DNA of 64,000 nucleotides from Rickettsiales bacterium (GTDB lineage Bacteria; Pseudomonadota; Alphaproteobacteria; Rickettsiales; Anaplasmataceae): NCBI GenBank assembly GCA_031266615.1, contig JAISAR010000006.1, positions 9,684 to 73,683 of the forward strand, read 5' to 3'. Shown piece by piece: positions 1 to 9,500 of this stretch (position 1 is its first letter; each line of letters starts with the position of its first letter). The notes under the pieces were generated by a model. It saw only the letters and a program-made list of their open reading frames with translations, ran no database searches and was not told where the DNA came from. The position numbers and the translations under genes were made by a program.

Positions 1-22
1 AAAAGAATATGCTCAAGAAATC

Positions 23-1498
23 ATGAATGCATTAGAAACTAGGGGGTGTCACAAAGAAGCTCAAGAGTTACAGTTTTCTTTAGATAAGGATAAATCAGAG
101 CAAGCAGTGAAATTGTTTCCAGAGTCAAGAATTGATACAGAGAATCCAAGTTCTCAGTCTTCTCAAGAACGCTCAATGGGTGATACAGAATCTAGGGTTC
201 CAACAAAGGAAGCTGGGACTGATCAAAAACGTAAGAGCAAAAAGCATAAAGCTAAACAGAACCTAAAGGAGAAGAAACTAAAATTAGAGGAAGACGAGCG
301 TTTAATGGGTATAATACGTAATGACGAAATAGGCCAATTTAAAACAATGGATATATCTCAGTATGATAAACAAGAGATGTTAGATTTAGCTTTAAAACAC
401 CGTAGTTTGTACATAGCCAGCTATTTAATTGAGTATAAAGGTTGTACTCTGAAAGACCCTAGTTTGCACATAGCTAACCGTTCAACTAAGGATAAAGAGC
501 TCACTTTTTTACATGTGGCAGCAAGAGAAGGTCATAAGGGTGTAGTTGCACTTCTTCTGGATAAAGGAGCTAAGGTTAATGCTGAAACTGAGAAAGGTCA
601 TACTCCTTTACATATAGCAGCAGGAAATGGTCATAAGGATGTAGTTAAACTTCTTCTGGATAAAGGAGCTAAGATTAGTGCTAAGGCTGAGATAGGTCTT
701 ACTTCTTTACATATAGCAGCAGAAGGTGGTCATAAGGATGTAGTTGCACTTCTTTTGGATAAAGGAGCTGAGGTTAATGCTGAAGCTAATACAGGTCATA
801 CTCCTTTACATATAGCAGCAGAAAATGATCGTAAGGATGTAGTTGCACTTCTTCTGGATAAAGGAGCTAAAGTTAATGCTGAAACTAAGAAAGGTTATAC
901 TCCTTTACATATAGCAGCAGAAAGTGGTCATAAGGATGTAGTTGCACTTCTTTTAGATAAAGGAGCTGAGGTTAATGCTAAAACTAATACAGGTTATACC
1001 CCTTTGGCATTAGCGCTAGAACATAGCTATTCTAAGGTAGTGGACCTTTTGCTTGCTAACCCAAATATTAATGTTGGTTGTATAGAAGTTAGATCTGTTA
1101 AGAAGAAAGAAGATCAGGGGAAACTTATTCAAAAATCAGTTCAAGATCGCAAGTTGTTTTACAAGGTAAAAGAAGCGGCAGAAGAAAAAGATGAGAGTAA
1201 GCTAGATAAATTACTAGAGGAGATAAAGGATTTATTAAAACCAGAAGGTAAATATGGTTTTAAGCCAAGCTTGAATTACTCTCCAGATGATGAAAATACG
1301 ACCATTAAAATTGCTATTAAAAGTGGTGGAAAGATATTGCAGCTCTTATATGATTATGCCGAGAAGAATATAGGTGCAGATACTAAAATATTTAAACAAC
1401 TCAAACATGCTAAAGAACAACAAGAAAATTTTCAGTCTATGAGTGATCTTTGTGATATTTCTGTTTCTAGCCATTTGACTCGAACTCAAGGCTTTTAG
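23..1498 (+). CDS. Ankyrin repeat protein (about 6 repeats, charged N-terminus, Wolbachia-type C-terminal domain)
   Basis: Repeated TPLHIAAxxGHKDVVALLLDKGAxVNA units in a 491-aa ORF. Confidence 0.92.
   Translation: MNALETRGCHKEAQELQFSLDKDKSEQAVKLFPESRIDTENPSSQSSQERSMGDTESRVPTKEAGTDQKRKSKKHKAKQNLKEKKLKLEEDERLMGIIRNDEIGQFKTMDISQYDKQEMLDLALKHRSLYIASYLIEYKGCTLKDPSLHIANRSTKDKELTFLHVAAREGHKGVVALLLDKGAKVNAETEKGHTPLHIAAGNGHKDVVKLLLDKGAKISAKAEIGLTSLHIAAEGGHKDVVALLLDKGAEVNAEANTGHTPLHIAAENDRKDVVALLLDKGAKVNAETKKGYTPLHIAAESGHKDVVALLLDKGAEVNAKTNTGYTPLALALEHSYSKVVDLLLANPNINVGCIEVRSVKKKEDQGKLIQKSVQDRKLFYKVKEAAEEKDESKLDKLLEEIKDLLKPEGKYGFKPSLNYSPDDENTTIKIAIKSGGKILQLLYDYAEKNIGADTKIFKQLKHAKEQQENFQSMSDLCDISVSSHLTRTQGF
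512..1006 (+). repeat. Five near-identical 99-bp tandem units (ankyrin-coding)
   Basis: The His codon of each repeat recurs at 512, 611, 710, 809 and 908, and the nucleotide sequence is highly similar between units. Confidence 0.88.
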
Positions 1499-1855
1499 TT
1501 AGAAGAAAAGAGAAATTTCATACACAATCACTGACATTTTCCCTTAAGTTGACGCCATTGAATGAACAGATGCTTTTATCCAGGCTTTAATGGGTATTAT
1601 AAGCGTTCGTTGGTTGTGATAGTGTTTTCTTACCTTTTTGATTAATAAGCGCTTGTAATGCCCTTTAAAACTTGAATGAAAGGCATCTCTAACAATTCCA
1701 CTACTGCAAGATAAACTTACTAGTAAGTTTACAGTCATTTTTATTCGTTGTAAAGAAAAAATTTTGCATGAGGTTTTTAGAAAACCCAATTTTACAACAA
1801 GCTTTTCATGAACAAATTGCTATTTTCAGAAACTTTTACAGACAGCTTAAAAAGA

Positions 1856-3967
1856 TTACCATAAAACAGCTAAATCCTTAATAGGCAAAACTGCACCATT
1901 TGCTGGTAAATAGTAATGTGATGGTTTTATTAATTTATACTCTACTTTACCTTCTACTGAAACTTTAAGTTCCATGTCCTGCACACAAAGAAATCCATAT
2001 TTAGAATTGGTACCTAGTACCCCGTATTCTTCAGCATTACGGAAAAATTTTATCTGTCCAAGAGTTGCAAGATTACTTATTCTTTCTCTGATGTTGCGTT
2101 CACTGCCAAGCCCTTCCTCTCCTTCAAAACGCTTTGCAAATTGTCCAGCAGTATAAATATTACCTCGATATGCTTCATTACGTATTAGATCCAAGATAAC
2201 TTCATGTTTTCTTATCCATTCCCGATCTAATTTTTTACTATATTGATCTCTGACTATCGGTTCTGAATTTAACACTGTATTATCATGTACAAATACTCCA
2301 TTTTTCCAGTAAAGTGTTATTTGCTCATTACTGCATTGCGAATAGTTAGATTTTTTGCGTGATAAAATTCTCTCATCAGGAGAAGCATTAGCTTTATCTG
2401 GTCTAGTCAGATACCAACGAGCCCTTACTGTGTTATTCCATGCTGTTGAACCACCTGTACCAGTTTTACGTGTTATTCCTGCATCAGAAGGGTGGGCAAG
2501 TAATAAAACGGCTCCTTTTATTGCTTCTGCTATGCTACCACAACAGGTTTGAATAAATTGTCTTACATGAGAGCGATCGTTTTCATTCCCTCCAAATAGG
2601 TCTGCTGCTGTATCTAATATCACAAGCTTCGGCTGAAACGATTCAATGTCCTCAAGTAACTCTTGAAAGTAAGTAGTTAATTGACCGGTATCTTTGTTAT
2701 TAAAAACTATGAGTTGATTATTTTGCCCTGTTCTGGACCATAAGCCAACATTATCACGAAAATCAGGGGATTTCATACCTGATTGGTAAAATTCATTTAT
2801 TGCACATTGCCGACGCCAAAGTTCTTCTTCATTGTCCTCACAAAACACACCATATGTCTTTATTTGTTCTAGATCTATTCCTAGCCAGGGTTTACCAGAA
2901 GCTGCAGCCATCATTAGTTGTTGAGCAAGAAGAGATTTTCCTACCCCACCATCACCATAGAGAGCTGTAACACTTTCCACAGGAAGCCAATCCTTAATAA
3001 TCCATTTTTTTTCTGGAGGTGTGTCAGTCCAAACTGTAGTGTCAGTTCTTTTTGACTTTCTATAAGGGCTTTTGTTGTTAAGGATAAATTCTTCAACATT
3101 TATTCCTACACCATCTGCAACATCCCAACCTTTTGGCTTATCTTGCGGAATCTTTAAAATAGAAAGTGATGCAACTCCCAGACCAGAAAGCTTTTTTGCG
3201 GCTTTTTCAGCATAATCTTTCCCAGCATCATCATTATCTGGCCAAATGGTAACGTGTTTACCTTTAAGCGGTGACCAGTCGGTTTTTTCAATAGGTGCTT
3301 TTGCTCCAAACATTGCTGTCGTTGCTGTGATTCCTTGTTCTATGAGGGCTTCAGCACATTTTTCTCCTTCTACCAATATAACTCTTTCAGATTCAATGAT
3401 GCCTGGAATGTTATACAGAGGTCTTATCTCAGGCGCAGTAAAGGTAGACTTTTTAGCATCGAATGGTTGATAACTTTTTCCTGAAGCAGTATCATAACGA
3501 TATTTACTGGCAATCAACTGGTTATCCCGATCAAGATAGTCCCATCGAGTTATTTTCTTTTGTTCCTGTGCAAGTGGTTTGTTACATCCTAGCCATTCGC
3601 TTATCGAAGCCATGACCTGAGGAAACTCTGTCCTTGCGCTTTTCCCATGTACAACTGCCCAAAGATCGATAATATCACCACCTTCTCCTGTGGCAAAGTC
3701 AATCCATAACCCGACTTTACCATATGCTAATTCCACTTTGAGGCTCCTTCCTCTATTACCTTGTACATCACCTATATAAAACTTATCACCATGAAACGTT
3801 CCTCTTGGAAATAAATAAGAAAGGCATGCTCTTATATTTAATAATAGTTGTCCTTTAATCTCTCCTACATCAAATTGCTCTGATGGCTCTACAATATTGT
3901 TAAAATCATAATATTCATTGTTTAAAGTATTTTTTTGCTTGACATCAGTTAAAAAATCTTGTACCAT
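1856..3967 (-). CDS. repA: Phage WO RepA-like primase-helicase (TOPRIM + AAA_25/SF4 helicase domain)
   Basis: TOPRIM motifs ILVEGEKCA and IWPDNDDAG, Walker A GDGGVGKS, Walker B LVILD, and a GGAG RBS upstream of the ATG at 3967. Confidence 0.85.
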   Translation of the reverse strand: MVQDFLTDVKQKNTLNNEYYDFNNIVEPSEQFDVGEIKGQLLLNIRACLSYLFPRGTFHGDKFYIGDVQGNRGRSLKVELAYGKVGLWIDFATGEGGDIIDLWAVVHGKSARTEFPQVMASISEWLGCNKPLAQEQKKITRWDYLDRDNQLIASKYRYDTASGKSYQPFDAKKSTFTAPEIRPLYNIPGIIESERVILVEGEKCAEALIEQGITATTAMFGAKAPIEKTDWSPLKGKHVTIWPDNDDAGKDYAEKAAKKLSGLGVASLSILKIPQDKPKGWDVADGVGINVEEFILNNKSPYRKSKRTDTTVWTDTPPEKKWIIKDWLPVESVTALYGDGGVGKSLLAQQLMMAAASGKPWLGIDLEQIKTYGVFCEDNEEELWRRQCAINEFYQSGMKSPDFRDNVGLWSRTGQNNQLIVFNNKDTGQLTTYFQELLEDIESFQPKLVILDTAADLFGGNENDRSHVRQFIQTCCGSIAEAIKGAVLLLAHPSDAGITRKTGTGGSTAWNNTVRARWYLTRPDKANASPDERILSRKKSNYSQCSNEQITLYWKNGVFVHDNTVLNSEPIVRDQYSKKLDREWIRKHEVILDLIRNEAYRGNIYTAGQFAKRFEGEEGLGSERNIRERISNLATLGQIKFFRNAEEYGVLGTNSKYGFLCVQDMELKVSVEGKVEYKLIKPSHYYLPANGAVLPIKDLAVLW

Positions 3968-4210
3968 AAATTGAAACTCCTTTTGATATTAGACATTTGA
4001 AAGGTTTTTGAGTAAGGCTCTCTTGGTCTGGTCTTACTCTTTTACTATATAAGTAAAAACTATGATGGGGGTTCTCTTGGCAAAGTTTGAAAAATATGTT
4101 AGGAAATAAAAGAGGATAAGACTTTTAATGTCTTTTTCTTTTGAGTAAAAATACTCTGCTATAATTCTACTATATTTTTTTTACTATGTCAACTCTTTAT
4201 TTATGTTGAT

Positions 4211-4241
4211 ATATATTACATAGTTATAATATGTAATATAT
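4211..4241. repeat. Perfect 12-bp inverted repeat ATATATTACATA-N7-TATGTAATATAT in an AT-rich tract
   Basis: Read directly at 4211-4222 and 4230-4241. Confidence 0.85.
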
Positions 4242-4602
4242 TATATATATATATAAGGAAATTTGCCATTTAACATTTTGGCCAAATCTCCCCATATACG
4301 CAGCTTTGAGACTGATTGGCAAAATTACCAAATGAAATTTTGTTTGCCATTTGAAATTCCTTTAAAGTATTGATTTTCCTGTATTTCTTCTTGTAGACTC
4401 ATTTGGTTATTTGGTAAATTTGCCAAATGATTTGCATTTTGAAGCTTGTTGTAAATATACTTATTTGGTGATAACAGTTGCTTGTAATTTACCTTCATGA
4501 ATTAGGTTAATATAACTAAGCATTTTCATTCTCACAATGATTACTCTACTTCCCGATACACAAGAATGATTTGCATTTTATTTAAGATAAATTAAAAAAC
4601 TA

Positions 4603-4631
4603 TTGACATATAGACTTGATTGTGCTATAAT
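4603..4631 (+). promoter_or_regulatory. Consensus sigma70 promoter with extended -10
   Basis: TTGACA (4603-4608), 17-bp spacer, TATAAT (4626-4631), with TG at -15/-14. Confidence 0.75.
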
Positions 4632-4699
4632 TACAATTGGTTGGGCTTCCTAATTATTCAAAAGTGAAAATTCATAGATAGTCTTCCTATTTGATAAAA

Positions 4700-4840
4700 A
4701 AAACTTATTTTTGATGACTTGGAGTATTTCACTATTTAGTAGTTTAAGCTTGTAATAGCTTTAGATTTATTTGGAGGAGATAAAGAAAGTCTTTTCCACA
4801 CATAGCAAGCTGTGCTGTTTTACTATGCAAAAATAGAACA
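4700..4840 (+). pseudogene. Heavily decayed fragment of a further AAA_25 helicase-domain paralog
   Basis: Broken frames read YFDDL..FKLVIALDLFGGD and HIASCAVLLCK, matching KLVVLDSASDLFWGN / NCAVLLCKH of the 5018 ORF. Confidence 0.45.
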
Positions 4841-5017
4841 GGAGTATCAAAATTTCACATACACATTTCTTGAGAAAAAAGTAAAAAATCAATCCTTAAA
4901 CATGGGGGCTGTAAAATAGAATGTGTAACGATCCAAAGCGATATCACGGAGGTATAGTATGCATTAATGTATCTTGAAGAAACTGTAGACTAATTATGTT
5001 AATATTTTGGTAATTTT

Positions 5018-5746
5018 ATGATCGATGTAGTAGATTTTTCAAAATGTGTTGGGTTACTCCCAAAAAGGGAATTTGTACCGCAAAATACGTGGCTCACCAT
5101 AGGTGATGTCTTGCTTCTCAAAGGCAAATTTAAAGTTGGCAAATCTCTGTTTGTTCAACAATTAATGACAGCAGTTGCCACTGGACGAACTTGGTTTAAT
5201 GAGTACGTCGGACAAATAAAAACATATGGTGTATTTTGTGAAGATGATGAAGCAAAACTCTTGCATAGACAATACACAATAAATGAATTTTACAAATTAA
5301 ATATGAAATCTCCTGACCTTATCAATAATGTCCGTTTATTGCCTAGAACAGTAGGAGATAACTTACTTATGGTTTTTGATGATAAAAATATAGGTCGACT
5401 GACCCCCTACTTTGAAGAGCTGCTAAAGGATCTACAATCGTTCCAACCAAAGCTTGTGGTATTGGACTCAGCTTCAGATTTGTTTTGGGGAAATGAAGAT
5501 AATCAGTTACACTTTAGACAATTTGTTCAGAATTGTTGTGCTCGCATAGCAAGGAGAGTGAATTGTGCTGTTTTATTGTGTAAACACGATAACTCAGAGG
5601 AAGTGGAAGACCGGGATGATAAAGTATGGCATTTGATCAAACGAGAAAGTATAAGTGAAAAACGTGAGTTTTACGGTTATGGTATTCGCCGTTTGGAATG
5701 TTATAAGGACAAAATTTTTCATAGTGTAGGGGATTATTTTATATAG
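5018..5746 (+). CDS. Stand-alone AAA_25 ATPase domain, paralog of the RepA helicase domain, C-terminally divergent
   Basis: Colinear with RepA: VGKSLxxQQLM, QIKTYGVFCED, MKSPD, SFQPKLVxLD, RQFxQxCC. Lacks TOPRIM and the motifs after AVLL. Confidence 0.8.
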   Translation: MIDVVDFSKCVGLLPKREFVPQNTWLTIGDVLLLKGKFKVGKSLFVQQLMTAVATGRTWFNEYVGQIKTYGVFCEDDEAKLLHRQYTINEFYKLNMKSPDLINNVRLLPRTVGDNLLMVFDDKNIGRLTPYFEELLKDLQSFQPKLVVLDSASDLFWGNEDNQLHFRQFVQNCCARIARRVNCAVLLCKHDNSEEVEDRDDKVWHLIKRESISEKREFYGYGIRRLECYKDKIFHSVGDYFI

Positions 5747-5747
5747 G

Positions 5748-6111
5748 GTGAAAGATAACTTCGGCAAACAAGAGCTATTTTCAAAGATGGGGTAATTCAA
5801 AGTGGTAGTGAAAGTTTTCATGGTAACCGCTTCAGTGGAGGTGGCATGTGTTTCTTAAGTTTTCGTAATTGCTTTGGGGCATAAGTTCACTGCAGTATAT
5901 TTTGAAGAAGTAAGAAGACACCTTTGCTACCCATTGTTGTGGTAGTTTTCTTGCCATTTTAATTGCTTAGTACGGAAAGAAAAACATTTCCTATAAGGGT
6001 GTCTCTGTCAAAACTATAAAACGTTTTATCACAGGCAAAGGTTTTTCTCCTCAAAGCGATAGTGAGGTCGATGCCCTGGCGTTGATATTTTACATAATGA
6101 ATTTTCGTTGA
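5748..6111 (+). pseudogene. Phage WO RuvC-like Holliday junction resolvase pseudogene
   Basis: Frameshifted pieces DGVIQSGSESFHGNRFSGGGMCFL, TAVYFEEVRRHL, SYKGVSVKTIKRFITGKG and DSEVDALAL, with internal stops and a deletion. Confidence 0.8.
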
Positions 6112-6199
6112 TACTTCAGTGTTAATATTTATATTAGAGCCTGAGTAGAGCTCTGGAATTAGGAAATGGGGTTTTATAACAACAAAATGGGGTGAAATG

Positions 6200-6265
6200 C
6201 GGGTCCTTCCCGCCTCCCAGGCTGATTCGGAAACGAAAAGCCCGGGTCGTCTCTAGCGTCAGACA
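6200..6265 (+). other. GC-rich patch with lambda cosQ-like CGGGTCCTTCC motif; candidate packaging (cos) site
   Basis: GGGTCCT at 6201-6207, between the resolvase and the methylase start, the usual position before WO head genes. Confidence 0.4.
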
Positions 6266-6339
6266 TATTTTAATTATTAACTTTTTAATAAATCGTTAAG
6301 AATCTATACCTAGTAATTTAATAAACAAGTAATAAATTT

Positions 6340-6423
6340 ATGAATTTAGTAATAAACTACCATCCTATTGACAGCCTCACCGAATACGAACGCAATCCTC
6401 GTCATATCAATTTTCATAAATAA
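6340..6423 (+). pseudogene. 5' stub of WO ParB-domain DNA methylase
   Basis: MNLVINYHPIDSLTEYERNPR resembles the N-terminus of WO ParB-methylases; truncated after 27 codons. Confidence 0.68.
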
Positions 6424-6515
6424 TGGAACAAATCAAATTGCAGGTTTGAGCCAGTTTATCATGTTTGCCTTCCCAATGTAGAATGTTGGTATAATACCTT
6501 ACGTTATGAAGATAC

Positions 6516-6564
6516 AATTACCGGCCTTTCGGTAGATGAAATAAAACAACTTCAGGAAGAAATA
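6516..6564 (+). repeat. 49-bp exact direct repeat, copy 1 (3' stub of rpn / PD-(D/E)XK_2 gene, ITGLSVDEIKQLQEEI)
   Basis: Identical to 45584-45632. Its stop (6568-6570) overlaps the stop of the convergent giant ORF. Confidence 0.9.
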
Positions 6565-6566
6565 AT

Positions 6567-9500
6567 CTAGTGTCCTGGTAACCTTTGCAGTTGTTTATCC
6601 ACTATTGGATCATTTAAATAGGTTTCAGGTTTATTGTCTATTTTCCCTGGCAACTGACTCTCTGACTGACTAGCGCTAGTAAGAGAAACAGCAGCAAGTA
6701 TAGAATTAATTGTTCCTTTAACCAACTGTTCTAGTGAAGATCCTTTCAACTTGCGTGTTTGCTCTGCTTCTTCAATTTCACGTTTTGAACCTTCAAAAGG
6801 GACTGACCTTGTTGCTTGTATCACTTCTTCTCTGTTTTTATTATCTTTCAGGTGGTCAAGATATTCCCTAGCTGTCATGCTAACTTCTTTCTTATCTAGG
6901 TGGTCTTGAAATTTTTTGCTACTTAAATTCATATCAACATTAATAAGTAGCGGTACACCACCTTCCACATTGATTTTAGTGCCAAAGTCATATAGCTGTA
7001 CTCTAGATAATTCTTGACCATTAATCTTAATAGGACCAAGTTTCTTATCCTGCTCTGCTAGAAGTTGACGTTCTGTTTTAATTTCTTTTGCTAAAATTTG
7101 CTTATCTTCACTGGATAGTAGGTCATTAGCTCGCTCAACGTCAAAGTGTTCAACAAGTAAACCTTTTTCTTCTATTTTATAGCCAGCAGATTGTATTCCT
7201 TTTTCTACAACTTGCATAAGCTGATCAACATTTTTTAATCCGGAAACAAACGCTGCATTACTATCAAAATACGCATAATTACCACCAACTTTATAAATAG
7301 CAACAACATGATTATTGATTACTAAATGAATGGCAAAATCACCTTTAATTCTAGCTATATAATTCGATAAATCACCAAATGTTTTATAGCTCTTAGTATT
7401 AATTAAGTTTGAGGGTAGACTATTTGTAAGAGAATCTAGCTGTTGTTCAAAACCATCAAGTAACTTGCTAAAAGTAAAAACTTCTCTTTCTTCTCGTTTA
7501 GATATCTGCTTACCCTGAACTATACGCTCATAAATTTCAGATGAAGTCTCTAAATTATTTAAAAATGATCTGTCACCCTGTGATAATAAAGCTTGAGATA
7601 GACCACGTGTGATTGTTACACATTTACCATCGATTTTAACTCCACGTTCTTCAAATGACGGTAGGTAAAGACCTTGTCTTATTGACTTCATTCCTACATT
7701 TGGCAAGTGATTATCAATAAACTGAGACAAGTGTAAGTAGGCTTTTTGTTGCCTTTTGCACTTTTGTATTGAATGATTAATAACTTGACGCTTTTTAGTT
7801 AATGCTTGTAGATCACTTTCATCAAAAGAAGCACTCCTTTTCCGTACTTGTGGTTTAATCATCACTTCCCCATACGCTTTGATGAAGTTGTCTTGGGGGT
7901 TTTTACACTTCCAATCAATTAATTCTACTATCTGATCCCTAGAGCTTGATAATGCATACTGAAATTCACTTGCTGGATCGAGTATTAAAAGCTCTTGGCC
8001 AGTGTCTATTAATTTTAACCCTGCTTCTCCCAATATAAATAAGTAGTTTGCGCTTTCTAAAACATGTACAGACACTTGTTCACTCAGTAAAGTGTCGATC
8101 AATTTTAATACGGTCTCAAGCTGGCTAGACTTAAAAGATAAACTCATTTTTTGCTCTATAGAGAAGTGAGTAAAACGTGCAAGCATTTTTATGAAGGCTA
8201 ACTTGTGAACGTCAGGTAACTGTTCCTCTTTCATCATATCTATTATAGGATAGATTAACCCATGTAAAATGTTAGATGCATACCCTGTGTCAAAACCAGT
8301 AATTCTACCATATCCTATTGGTTCATCTAGAACTGAACAAAATTGTCTTGACATTTTGGGTGTTAAAATCTCAAAACGTTTGGCAAATTCAATCCCATCT
8401 CTCTCAAGCCAGTAATAGCCTTCGCTAGAGTAAAGCTTTTCAATATTTTGCTTAATCTCTGCAACAAAAGGAAACTCGATAAGTAGTAGATTAAGTCTTC
8501 CTTGACTCCATGGACTCAGAAAGTTTATTAATTCTTCTGCATACTTTTCCTTTTTATTTTCCTGGGTAGAAGAGTCTAATTTAGCTAATTTCTGTTCAAA
8601 AGTTTTAGTATCTCCTATCACACTACTTAACATATCTTTCATAAACTTGCGATTAAGTTTATTTTGCAATTTAGCTTGAGCTGAGTAGTGTTTAACTGCA
8701 TTATAAATATTATTGTTCCTTGAAAATTCGTCATTTGCAAGTCCATAATACGACTTTCCATTTGCTTTTACTAGAAACTCTAAAGTAGTCTCTAATTCCT
8801 CAATATCCGTCTCCTTAAGAAATTTTTGAAAAAGCTTGTTAATTAATTTTTCGTCACCATTATAAAAATAACCGCTACGATAACAATGACTATCTTGCCA
8901 ATTCATACATGATTCAACATCTTCTTTCAACTCGCTTAAGCTTTTTTCAGATATAGCACTATCGGGAGGTAGGTTAAAAAGTTGTGATGATCCTTTTGTT
9001 TCCATTTCTCTCAACAAATCACAATCTTGAATTGCTTTCCACTTATTATTTAAGTCATCATTATCACATTTTTTTTGTATCCCATGTTCAAAAAAAACAC
9101 GTATTAATTTATTGCGATTTAAAAAAATATTTCTTAGGAGGAATTCGCGTATTAGCTTATACTCAGGATCATCCTCTCTTTTACCTAACATACTAACCAA
9201 CAGCTTTGCCATAAAATATTCAGCATAAGTACGGTGAACAAAATCTACAATATCAGTATCTTTAAAATTCTTAATAAGGCCCATACCACTTAATTCATCT
9301 TGCAAAAATACTTGATGTGTTTGATCTCTTAAAAACTCCTTACACGTTTGATCTTCAGAAAATAATGTTTTCAAAGCTAAGCACCCGTGTGCTTTTGTAT
9401 ACGATTCAGTTAATACAATTTGTGAACCCTTACCTAATAATTCCTTGCCAATTTTTATCTTTTCTGTAAAATACCTGTCATATTGATGCTCAATAAACCT

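Noticed and set aside
512-1006. CRISPR-like array (also considered for the 72-bp units at 59.8-60.2 kb)
   Set aside because: The units are in-frame protein repeats without unique spacers, and no cas genes are present.
1544-3470. Short ORFs 1544-1789, 1974-2156, 2355-2552, 3246-3470
   Set aside because: Three are antisense shadows of repA; 1544-1789 is an intergenic frame with no RBS or motif.
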